This document shows, in pieces, positions 56,093-64,000 of a DNA stretch of 64,000 bases. The number at the start of each line of letters is the position of its first letter. Within the stretch, counting starts at the first letter, position 1. Below the pieces are notes generated by a model. It saw only the letters and a program-made list of their open reading frames with translations, did not search any database and had not been told where the DNA came from. Location: contig CAYFMJ010000001.1 of assembly GCA_964344235.1 (NCBI GenBank), positions 192,001 through 256,000 on the forward strand. Reading direction: 5' to 3'. This DNA is from an uncultured Methanosarcinales archaeon (lineage in GTDB: Archaea > Nanobdellota > Nanobdellia > Woesearchaeales > GW2011-AR9). Position numbers and translations under genes: made by a program.

Positions 56093-57388
56093 TTATAATA
56101 ATGGCTTTAATTCCTCAAGCCCGGTTTTGAATCTCTCTGCCAAATATAAATTTGCCGCAGCTGATTGTTCGGGGGTTACAGCACTTCCGTTGTAAAGTGA
56201 AGCGTGCATTCTAAGGTGGTCCATAACATCGTCTGCGACGTTTCTCCTTGAACTAACCATCTGTGTGGCGGTGGCAAGATATGGCTGATCTCTTCTGGGT
56301 AGCCCTCCTGCCGCGAAGGTTAGTGCTTCTTGAACGTACATATTTACGAGCGGATCTTTAATCCCTCTTTCAACTGCGGATTGTTCTAATCTCTTTAACA
56401 TTGTGTAGTCTGGAAGGACGACTCCCTCTGGGCCAAAATAAAAAGGTACACTCCGTGATGAAGACCCAAAGCCATAATTATCATTAACTGTGACTGGTAG
56501 GCCCTCTCTGATAATCCTGTCGTGAACTCCTTTGCTAAGTGCTTGTATTGAAAGAAAAACGTCAAGGGGACAAGAATCTCCCCCTCTTTGTTCGATTGTT
56601 CCTTTTGGGGGGAGTGCTTCTTTTGGTTTGACTCTTAGTGTTCCATATATTGTGTCGTCGGGGTCAAATCCCATGCTCTCTAACTCTTCTTCACTTATTC
56701 CAGATAATGCGGCCCAGTTTCTGTGTCTTCTGCGTCCGTAACCCATTATTTCCTCGACAGAGAGAGGGTATTCTTCCAGTTGTGCGCCAAACCTTGGGTC
56801 TGCAAATAGCGTGTTTCGCAGTAAATGGACTCTGGAGCAGTTGAAACGAGTTTCACCCTCGTCGGAGATTGGGGATGTTGAGGCTAATGCGATCCACATG
56901 GGGTCTAACGCTTGAAATAAACGGTATTGGTCCAATAGTCTGCCTTCTACTTGTGAAGTATGGTTCTGTGTTCCTACAATCCCCACTAACCGAGATAGGC
57001 CTTCTACTCCAATCGTTCTATGGTAAAAGATTGATCTTTGGCGGTTTGCGACAGTTTTTCCCACTCCTGTTGTAAACCTGCTGCCGGGGACAACAACTAA
57101 ATCATTTTCATCAGCTATGGCAAGGGTTCTTGTTAGTAGTGGGTCCATTTGCTGGTGCTCTTGATGAATTGTTTCTGCACCTCCGGGGGGCCCATTTATT
57201 TCAATAACATCTAGGGCCGGCTCTGAGGAGTATTCTACTCGCCCGTCTGACAAAAAAACACCTTGTCCGTTTCTAGTGAAACCATCTCTCCCAACAATTC
57301 TCAATTCTAGCTCTGTTCCGGTAGTTGATACTACTTCTAAGCCTACTTCTTTGGGTGGTTCTCTAGTTTGTCCTGTTGCCAAATTCAT
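56093..57388 (-). CDS. GCS2/YbdK-family carboxylate-amine (gamma-glutamyl) ligase
   Basis: TGTELELRIV, VIEIN, IALASTSP, SR, YGTLRVKP, GTIEQRGGD. Confidence 0.8.
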   Translation of the reverse strand: MNLATGQTREPPKEVGLEVVSTTGTELELRIVGRDGFTRNGQGVFLSDGRVEYSSEPALDVIEINGPPGGAETIHQEHQQMDPLLTRTLAIADENDLVVVPGSRFTTGVGKTVANRQRSIFYHRTIGVEGLSRLVGIVGTQNHTSQVEGRLLDQYRLFQALDPMWIALASTSPISDEGETRFNCSRVHLLRNTLFADPRFGAQLEEYPLSVEEIMGYGRRRHRNWAALSGISEEELESMGFDPDDTIYGTLRVKPKEALPPKGTIEQRGGDSCPLDVFLSIQALSKGVHDRIIREGLPVTVNDNYGFGSSSRSVPFYFGPEGVVLPDYTMLKRLEQSAVERGIKDPLVNMYVQEALTFAAGGLPRRDQPYLATATQMVSSRRNVADDVMDHLRMHASLYNGSAVTPEQSAAANLYLAERFKTGLEELKPLL

Positions 57389-57596
57389 AAAAAATACGCG
57401 GTGGTTACTCTGTCCTTAGATTTCTTTAATCTACTTATTTAAATATCTTCCGATTCCAAAAAAAGTTGCTTTTTGTTGTTTTTGGCTCGTCTTGGGTGGT
57501 AATTAGTTTTTCTTTTGAACTTTCAACCAAAATATGGCCTATTTTTTTAATTTAATTTAGAAAATAATTTAAATAATTCTCCTTTTTGTTATTTTC

Positions 57597-58136
57597 ATGG
57601 AATTTACTAAAATTGACTCAAAAGAGATTATTAATTTGGGGGGTCAAGTGGCGTATATTGAAACGTATGCCAATGGTGATAGCGATATTAAGCGCAAGAA
57701 GATTAGTTTAGAAACACAGGAAGGAGTTATTGTTTTAGCCCGAAAGGGAGACACGTTAGTTATGGTTAACCACCATAGGCCGGAGTTTGGTGCTTTTTCC
57801 GTTGAGTTCCCGGGAGGAGGTCAAGAAAAGGGAGAGCAATCTATTTTGGCCGCAATGAGGGAATTCCAGGAAGAAACAGGTTTGATTGTTGAGAATGTAA
57901 AATCACTTGGCAGATTGTTTATCTCGGTTTACCTTAAGGGTGGATTAGAAGTTTTTGTGGGAAAGGTTGGTGATACTCCCTCTAAAGTTGAAAAAGATGC
58001 GGACGAATTTATTTTAGAAACATTATTTTTAACAAAAGGAGAAATAGAATCTCTTATTGCTAAGAATAAGATCACTTCAGCGCAAACTATTGCTGCGTTT
58101 TCTTTAGCAAAAACGAGGGGTTTTTTGGAGGCTTAA
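57597..58136 (+). CDS. Nudix hydrolase (ADP-ribose pyrophosphatase-like)
   Basis: EFPGGGQEKGEQSILAAMREFQEETG Nudix box. Confidence 0.92.
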   Translation: MEFTKIDSKEIINLGGQVAYIETYANGDSDIKRKKISLETQEGVIVLARKGDTLVMVNHHRPEFGAFSVEFPGGGQEKGEQSILAAMREFQEETGLIVENVKSLGRLFISVYLKGGLEVFVGKVGDTPSKVEKDADEFILETLFLTKGEIESLIAKNKITSAQTIAAFSLAKTRGFLEA

Positions 58137-58967
58137 ATGAGTAATAGTTATTTTGTTATATGTGCGCATAACGAGGAGGGTACTCTTGAAAGTGTGACAG
58201 CTGACTTGCTTGAAAGGACAGATTCACCAATTGTAATTGTTGACAATGCATCGACTGATGCAACACCAAGGATAATCAAACGATTGCAACAGTCCCCACG
58301 GGTTTATGGGGTAGTAGAACCAACTCCTGGAAAGGCTCTGGCGCTAAGAGCTGGCTTTAAGTATGCACTAGCAAATGGGGCTGCTAATATTGCGACAATG
58401 GATGGTGATGGTGAACATCGTCCTGAACAAATGGTAGGCTTGATGGAAGCTCACGTTCTTGGGGATTATCCTGTCACAATTGGGACGCGATTTGGGAGTG
58501 TAGATGAGATGGCGGAAAAAGATCGTATTATTGCCAAAGCTATTGAAAGATTGACTGGAACGTTCCCCATTGATCCGAGATGTGGTGGTCGTGCATATAC
58601 TGTCAGTGTTTTAGCTCAATTATTGCCTGAATGTCTCTCAAGGACATATGGCTTGGAGGCTGAGCTTTGTTACTTGTCGCTTGATGCTGGAGAAGCAGTG
58701 CAATTCTACTCCCTTGACAATATTTACATCCGTGATAGGATCCAGCTTGAAGCAGCTCCACCTGGTTTGGAGGATTGTTCAAGTTCTGAATTAATTGATT
58801 TATATCGGGTGTTTGGCCGAGGCGACCTCCAAGCAGGAAAAAAACTTCTTGCTGCACATGATCTATTGAACGAAGCTTTTACGACGGGAACATCGTTTTT
58901 TGGTGATGTTGAAGCAGCAGGGGATAATTACGTTAAAAGAGGCAGTGTTACTGCTCCTTCAGCGTAA
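58137..58967 (+). CDS. Glycosyltransferase family 2
   Basis: AHNEE, VDNASTDAT, GKALALRAG, MDGDGEH, GGRAY. Confidence 0.9.
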   Translation: MSNSYFVICAHNEEGTLESVTADLLERTDSPIVIVDNASTDATPRIIKRLQQSPRVYGVVEPTPGKALALRAGFKYALANGAANIATMDGDGEHRPEQMVGLMEAHVLGDYPVTIGTRFGSVDEMAEKDRIIAKAIERLTGTFPIDPRCGGRAYTVSVLAQLLPECLSRTYGLEAELCYLSLDAGEAVQFYSLDNIYIRDRIQLEAAPPGLEDCSSSELIDLYRVFGRGDLQAGKKLLAAHDLLNEAFTTGTSFFGDVEAAGDNYVKRGSVTAPSA

Positions 58968-59052
58968 TTATCCCAAAAGCTTTTTAAAGAACTCCTATCC
59001 CTAGCCACTATCAGGGTATCTAAACAAAACATCCGGGTTCAAACAAACAAAA

Positions 59053-59769
59053 ATGGCCAAAAATACAAAGAAAAAAGTTAGTAGAATTAAAACAAAACGA
59101 AAGAACTGGTTTAAAGTTATTGCTCCAAAGTTATTTGGTAACAAAGAAATTGGGGAATCATACTTAACGGCTGCAGAAGATGCAGTTGGACGATCATTGT
59201 CAGTTAATTTACGAGAATTAACAGGAAATGTGAAAGATCAGAATACACATGTACAATTTAGAATTACTGGTGTAAAAGACAACCAATTACAAACTGAACC
59301 GATTGGGTATAAATTAAGCGCTTCATACGTTAAGCGGTTAGTGCGAAAAAATACTGCTCGGATTGATGATCATTTTATTCTAAAAACAAAGTCTGGTGAA
59401 ACAGCTATTCTAAAAGGGTTTGTTGTTGCAAGAAATAGAATTCAGAAGTCTGTGAAAACGGAAATTAGAAAACAACTTCATGCAGCGTTACAGGAAGAAT
59501 TGGCGAAGGTTTCGTTCTCAGAGTTTGTTGGTAATTTAGTTGCGCATAAAGTGCAGGGTGGCTTGAAGAAGAAGTTAAGTAAAGTATACCCTCTACGAGA
59601 TGTAGCGATTCGTGTGTTAACATTGGTTGAGAAGAAGAGTGCCATGGGCAGTGGTGCAGTTGAACAGCCTGCTGTTGATGAAACTCCTGCAGCTGAGGAA
59701 CCAGCACAAGAAGAAATTCCTGTTGAAGAAGTAGCAGAAGATTCAGAAGCGCAAACAGCTGAAGCGTAG
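59053..59769 (+). CDS. rps3ae: 30S ribosomal protein eS1 (S3Ae) with acidic tail
   Basis: KNWFKVIAPKLFG, RELTGN, YVKRLVRK...IDD, KVYPLRDV.IR. Confidence 0.95.
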   Translation: MAKNTKKKVSRIKTKRKNWFKVIAPKLFGNKEIGESYLTAAEDAVGRSLSVNLRELTGNVKDQNTHVQFRITGVKDNQLQTEPIGYKLSASYVKRLVRKNTARIDDHFILKTKSGETAILKGFVVARNRIQKSVKTEIRKQLHAALQEELAKVSFSEFVGNLVAHKVQGGLKKKLSKVYPLRDVAIRVLTLVEKKSAMGSGAVEQPAVDETPAAEEPAQEEIPVEEVAEDSEAQTAEA

Positions 59770-59781
59770 GTGTTGCTTCTT

Positions 59782-60390
59782 ATGAAATTTTTAACGTTTA
59801 CAGATGTTCATGCGGAGAAGAAAGTCATAAAGACTCTTGCGAAGAGAGCGATGCAGGATGATGTTGAATTTTCTATCTGTGCGGGGGATTTCTCTAATTT
59901 TGGCAGTGGGTTTCATGTGTTGTTAGAGGCGTTTGAGAAAATAAAGAAACCATTGTATGTTGTCCCCGGGAATCATGAGGAACATAGTGACTTTGATGGA
60001 GAGTTAGAGAAGTATGAATTCTGTCAAAGTCTCCATGGGAAAGCTATTGAGATTGGTGGTTACGTTCTAATGGGTTTTGGTGGCGGTGGTTTTTCCTTTG
60101 AAGATGCGCCTTTCCGGAAAGTATCACGTGGTTGGTATGGGAAGTATAAAGATAAGAAAACAATTCTGGTAACGCACCAAGCACCGTTTGGGACAACTCT
60201 TGATGTACTCGACTTAGGTGGCGGAGAGCGGCATGTTGGCAATAAGGATTATTTGAAGTTTGTTAAGAGAATGAAGCCGAAGTTAGCGATTTCTGGACAT
60301 TTACATGAAACGTTCGGAGAAGTTGATACCGTTGGAAAAACGAAGTTAATCAATCCCGGTGATGAAGGGATGGTTGTTGAGCTCCCTTAG
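59782..60390 (+). CDS. Calcineurin-like metallophosphoesterase
   Basis: DVH, GDF, PGNHE, THQAP, GHLHE. Confidence 0.92.
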   Translation: MKFLTFTDVHAEKKVIKTLAKRAMQDDVEFSICAGDFSNFGSGFHVLLEAFEKIKKPLYVVPGNHEEHSDFDGELEKYEFCQSLHGKAIEIGGYVLMGFGGGGFSFEDAPFRKVSRGWYGKYKDKKTILVTHQAPFGTTLDVLDLGGGERHVGNKDYLKFVKRMKPKLAISGHLHETFGEVDTVGKTKLINPGDEGMVVELP

Positions 60391-60408
60391 AGATTCTGAC
60401 CTACTGCG

Positions 60409-61347
60409 TTAAATTTGCGGAATAAATACTTTCTTTGTTGTTATGGCAATGCCTTTGTCTTTAGTGTTTATTTCTACTCCGGACATTGCAGCAATGCCAA
60501 CGCAGATAAGCTCTCCTTTTAGAGAAAGAACTGCAACAGTTTCCCCTTTCTTGAAATTCTCAAGTTTACTAATCCCTGGGATTGCAACATCTCTACCGTG
60601 AGAAACGCTTTCGATTGTGGTGTCAAAGATCCAACATTTCGCTAAATGTTTTGTAGCATTCTCAATTGGTTGTAAACAGTAGCGTAAGTATTTTTCGTTC
60701 TGTTCTTCTTTGTAATAATGTAATGCGTCTTGGAGGTCGTTTAGCGTAACTAAGTTATCTTGCTCATTAAATGGCCCGGCTTGTGTTCTGCGTAGCTCAA
60801 CCATGTGGGCGCCTGTCTTAAGCGCTTGCCCAAGATCGTGGCAAAGTTTTCGAATATACGTTCCTGCTTGACATTTTACGCGAAACAACACGTCTTGTTT
60901 TTGGATTTCAATAATTTCAAATTCATAAATCTCTCGTGTTCGAAGTTGTCTTTTCACCGCGCTCTTCACAGGGGGAAGTTGTTTGATTTTACCAATAAAT
61001 TGGCTGATTGTCTCTCGTAATGTTGTTTCTTCCACCGGCTTATGAAGGTGCATTAAACATACGTATTCTTTCGGTGCTGTGAGAAGAAATTGGGTAATCC
61101 TCGTTGCACTGCAAATCGCAATTGGTTGCACGCCAGCTACTTGGGGATCGAGGGTCCCAGAATGTCCTGCTTTCGATACGTTGAGAATTTTTTTAACATA
61201 ATCGGACGTTTGATGGGACGTTGGTCCTCTCGGTTTGTCAATGTTGATAATGCTGTACTGGAGAAGTTCTTCTGTTGAACGTTCTTGTGGCGGTTTACCA
61301 AACTCTCCCATAGCTTCTTTTTTTACAAATAATTGTCTCTGTTTCAT
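60409..61347 (-). CDS. cbf5: Pseudouridine synthase Cbf5
   Basis: DKPRGPTSHQ, GHSGTLDP, KEYVCLMHLH, QLPPVKSAVKR, AGTYIRKLCHDLG, PUA domain. Confidence 0.96.
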   Translation of the reverse strand: MKQRQLFVKKEAMGEFGKPPQERSTEELLQYSIINIDKPRGPTSHQTSDYVKKILNVSKAGHSGTLDPQVAGVQPIAICSATRITQFLLTAPKEYVCLMHLHKPVEETTLRETISQFIGKIKQLPPVKSAVKRQLRTREIYEFEIIEIQKQDVLFRVKCQAGTYIRKLCHDLGQALKTGAHMVELRRTQAGPFNEQDNLVTLNDLQDALHYYKEEQNEKYLRYCLQPIENATKHLAKCWIFDTTIESVSHGRDVAIPGISKLENFKKGETVAVLSLKGELICVGIAAMSGVEINTKDKGIAITTKKVFIPQI

Positions 61348-61383
61348 TACTGTTGAAAGAAAGAAGGTATTTTAAAAAATCTT

Positions 61384-61737
61384 CTACGCTTTCACAGCTT
61401 TCTTTGCTGCTTCGACTTTTTCTGCTAATTTGGACTTCGGTTTTTTCTCAACTTTTGGCTGTTCTTTTATTGTTACACCAAATAAGTTTGCTTTCACAAC
61501 ACCTTTTTCATCTTTGGTTACGTTTACTTTGATGTGGTGTGGTGGGTTTCGAATACCGTGTTTCCATAATTCATTGTTTACTTCTTTTCCTAATTTGATG
61601 TTGTCAGATTTCATGTGGCGAGCGAGGAATTGTCGTAATGCTGTTACCGCTTTCTTCGTTCGTTTCCATCGGGGAACTTTCATGTACTCTTTGCGAAGAG
61701 GTACGTTGTATGTTCTTTCGATTGTTTTTGCTGCCAT
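61384..61737 (-). CDS. rpl31e: 50S ribosomal protein eL31
   Basis: ERTYNVPLR, PRWKRTKKAV, VNNELWKHGIRNPP. Confidence 0.96.
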   Translation of the reverse strand: MAAKTIERTYNVPLRKEYMKVPRWKRTKKAVTALRQFLARHMKSDNIKLGKEVNNELWKHGIRNPPHHIKVNVTKDEKGVVKANLFGVTIKEQPKVEKKPKSKLAEKVEAAKKAVKA

Positions 61738-61742
61738 TGTAA

Positions 61743-61916
61743 TTATACTTTTGTTTTACCACGTTTCCAGTTTCGCTTCACATGTGTGTGGCGAGAAGGG
61801 TGTACTCGTCTTCCTTTACCATAAATTTTGAAGACTGTCCAGAATGGTGCCCATTTTGTTTGATCGTTTTTCTTAATCAGGCGTTTCTTTTTTGCTGGAT
61901 GTTTGTTTCGTGCCAT
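61743..61916 (-). CDS. rpl39e: 50S ribosomal protein eL39; missed by ORF track
   Basis: Manual translation of 57 aa: MARNKHPAKKKRLIKKNDQTKWAPFWTVFKIYGKGRRVHPSRHTHVKRNWKRGKTKV; sits between rps19e and rpl31e. Confidence 0.9.
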   Translation of the reverse strand: MARNKHPAKKKRLIKKNDQTKWAPFWTVFKIYGKGRRVHPSRHTHVKRNWKRGKTKV

Positions 61917-61927
61917 TGTCTTAATTA

Positions 61928-62359
61928 TTATTTTTGTTTTGCAATCTGTACTGCGATTTTGTCTAGGAATGAAGTTCCTTTTGGTGTGAGGATTCTTCCT
62001 TTGTGGTTGCCTTTCTCTGCTTGCTTTACTAATTCTGCTTTTTCAAGTTGTTGTAAGATTTTTCGAATAATGGATCCTGATGCTTTGTAAAATCGTTCTG
62101 GTTTGTGGCCACGATTCTTTTTTCCACCATACTTGGTTCGTAATTTTTCTGTGCCTACAGGACCTCTACTGGCGATAGTTCGTAAGATAGCAGCGGAACG
62201 GAAGTACCACCAATCTTGACTGTCTGGAAGGCGTTCTCTGTTTGTACCTGTCTTTACAAACTGGCTCCATTCAGTTGGTTGTACTAATTTCTGGCTTTTG
62301 AGTTCTTCCGCAGCTTTGGTAATTAATTGCTGTGGGTCTACGAATAAGATATGGGTCAT
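61928..62359 (-). CDS. rps19e: 30S ribosomal protein eS19
   Basis: WSQFVKTG..RE..P...DWWYFRSAAILR, GSIIRKILQQLE. Confidence 0.96.
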   Translation of the reverse strand: MTHILFVDPQQLITKAAEELKSQKLVQPTEWSQFVKTGTNRERLPDSQDWWYFRSAAILRTIASRGPVGTEKLRTKYGGKKNRGHKPERFYKASGSIIRKILQQLEKAELVKQAEKGNHKGRILTPKGTSFLDKIAVQIAKQK

Positions 62360-62464
62360 AGTGTTTCGGGGAGGTGGGTTCTTTATAAAGTTTACTGCTG
62401 TTCTATGAGGGAAAGGTTTAAATATACTGATTTTCTTCTTTGGATGATCAAAGAGGGAGTTTGG

Positions 62465-63937
62465 ATGAAGAATAAGGCATGGCGCGTTGTATTATTACTG
62501 GTTCTTGTTACGTCGTTGTTTTTGAGTGGATGTAGTTTGCCTGATAATCCTGAAACTGAAGAAGTGTTTGATTATGTTGTTACGTTTGCTTGGGCTAAAG
62601 ATATTGGTGTTTTGAAAGAGCCTCTAGCACCGTTTGATGGTTTAGTTAGGATACTACTGTTAGTTGTTTTAATTTTGGGTTTGATGAAGGGTGGTGAAGC
62701 TATCGGGTTAGATACCGGTGTAGCTGCGGGTATCGCAATCGCAGTTGCGAGTATGGTGGCTTTCTTGGTTCCATCAACAATCATTTTTGCAGGTGCAACA
62801 GGTTATACGGTTATATTTTCGATATTAGTTGCTGGTTTACCAATAGCTCTGTTATTTTTAGCATTCTTTGCGTTTAATGCGCGAACGACGTTTGGAAAAT
62901 GGGGAAGGGTCATTGTGATGACTATTTCTGTGGTTGTACTGCATCTTGTCCGTACGGCTCTTGAAAGTTATTTGGACCCTTGGCAGATTGGTGATTTTTT
63001 TGAGGCTCCATGGACTGCAATAACTAGGCTCATTAGTAGTGGGGATCTGGGGTCTGGTGGTATTGTTGAAGGAGTTACTCATGCAGTTGCTGATCCAGTC
63101 CATTCAATATTTGGATTTGTGTTATTCCTAGCATACATTCTTTTATTTTGGTCAATATTCCAAGCACTGACTACTCTTGGTGGAGCGAACCGTCACAGAC
63201 CAAATGCTTTTGGGAGGGCTGGCGATTGGGTTAAGAATCATATCTCAGGTACTGAAGCAAGTAGATTAAGAAGAAGCCAATCAAGAGAAGCGACAAGAGT
63301 TTTGAATGACTTGGTCGTTGAGAAAGAGATTAAGGGGGAGTTAGAGGATTTGAGGAAAAAGAAGCTTAATACTTACATGAACCATGTGTCTGATGTCGGT
63401 GGTGCTACGCCGCAGTTTAAGTCTTTAGAGGATTTAACAACGTTTGAGAACGATTTTAAGAAGGTCTATGATGCTTTCAAAAAATTGTCTGATGACCGAG
63501 ATTGGAAAGCAAGTCAAAGAAAAGAATCGATAGAAGTGCAGCGCCTTATTAAGCGTATGGAAAGCCACGACATTGATACTGAAAATATTGCCGTTCAAGA
63601 ACAGCAGTTATTAAAGAGATACGTTGCTGTTCGTGATCAATTAAGGAAAGCTTCTGCTGCTTTTACAACATTGATGCGGGCTCATTTTGCTTTGTATAAA
63701 CGGGTTAAGATAATGTATGATGCCCTAGGTAGATCTGATAAAACGGCGTTGTTGAAACCAGTGCCTCTGCCGGCTGGGGCAATAAATAACCTGAAAAAAG
63801 TGCAGGCTGCTGCCGTTACGTTTGACGATGCTCTTGGGCAGGCCATCAAATTTGAGGATGAAGCAATTGCAAGTACTGGAGTGTTAAGTAAGATGGTTGA
63901 CGATGTCAATGAATCTTGGATTGCACGTACTTCTTAG
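62465..63937 (+). CDS. Lipobox-bearing multi-pass membrane protein with long C-terminal coiled-coil domain
   Basis: GAGGGAG SD, MKNKAWRVVLLLVLVTSLFLSGC, about 6 TM segments, then a charged helical region; start moved from 62351. Confidence 0.75.
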   Translation: MKNKAWRVVLLLVLVTSLFLSGCSLPDNPETEEVFDYVVTFAWAKDIGVLKEPLAPFDGLVRILLLVVLILGLMKGGEAIGLDTGVAAGIAIAVASMVAFLVPSTIIFAGATGYTVIFSILVAGLPIALLFLAFFAFNARTTFGKWGRVIVMTISVVVLHLVRTALESYLDPWQIGDFFEAPWTAITRLISSGDLGSGGIVEGVTHAVADPVHSIFGFVLFLAYILLFWSIFQALTTLGGANRHRPNAFGRAGDWVKNHISGTEASRLRRSQSREATRVLNDLVVEKEIKGELEDLRKKKLNTYMNHVSDVGGATPQFKSLEDLTTFENDFKKVYDAFKKLSDDRDWKASQRKESIEVQRLIKRMESHDIDTENIAVQEQQLLKRYVAVRDQLRKASAAFTTLMRAHFALYKRVKIMYDALGRSDKTALLKPVPLPAGAINNLKKVQAAAVTFDDALGQAIKFEDEAIASTGVLSKMVDDVNESWIARTS

Positions 63938-64000
63938 AAAGTTGGCTGAACTCTTTCACTAAAGCTCACTTCCTGTGCGTCCGCGACATTCATTAGGTGT

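Noticed and set aside
53785-57388. Calling the cluster an ergothioneine (egtABCD) operon
   Set aside because: EgtA-like and EgtC-like families are present, but there is no EgtB sulfoxide synthase or EgtD methyltransferase in the window.
59035-59044. GGTTCAAA, resembling a tRNA T-loop
   Set aside because: No T-stem, acceptor stem or cloverleaf can be formed; it is the rps3ae leader.
62351-62464. Track start of the last ORF at 62351
   Set aside because: Overlaps the rps19e start and divergent promoter; ATG 62465 has an SD and begins a signal peptide.
63938-64000. Possible start of another palindromic element (GCTCACTTCCTGTGCGTCCGCG)
   Set aside because: Cut by the window edge; no partner arm is visible, so it cannot be supported.

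Overview
This is an archaeal chromosome segment, most likely from a DPANN archaeon of the Woesearchaeota type. That assignment is an inference from gene content, not a database result. The core is the large ribosomal-protein/secY superoperon (rpl3 to rpl14e, about 21.8-38.9 kb), plus a second cluster (rps3ae, cbf5, rpl31e, rpl39e, rps19e), pheS/pheT, nop5/fibrillarin, rfcS, pelota, NAC and Sec61beta. An unannotated RNase P RNA (2690-3011, minus strand) was found by reading the sequence; its P15 region is strongly reduced. Accessory content: purL/purQ, pyrC plus a truncated pyrD, two toxin-antitoxin pairs, four surface proteins sharing a C-terminal domain, and a surface cluster with a pilin-type signal protein and a membrane-anchored NagZ-like GH3. 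The best candidate for an undescribed system is a minus-strand cluster at 53785-57388: a GCS2 gamma-glutamyl ligase, two class-II glutamine amidotransferase paralogs and a catalytically dead C39/DUF3335-like peptidase. Several long non-coding hairpins or structured leaders and a hidden frameshifted receiver-domain gene were also found. No rRNA, tRNA, CRISPR array, transposase or integrase was recognised. All family assignments come from motifs read by eye; no searches were run.
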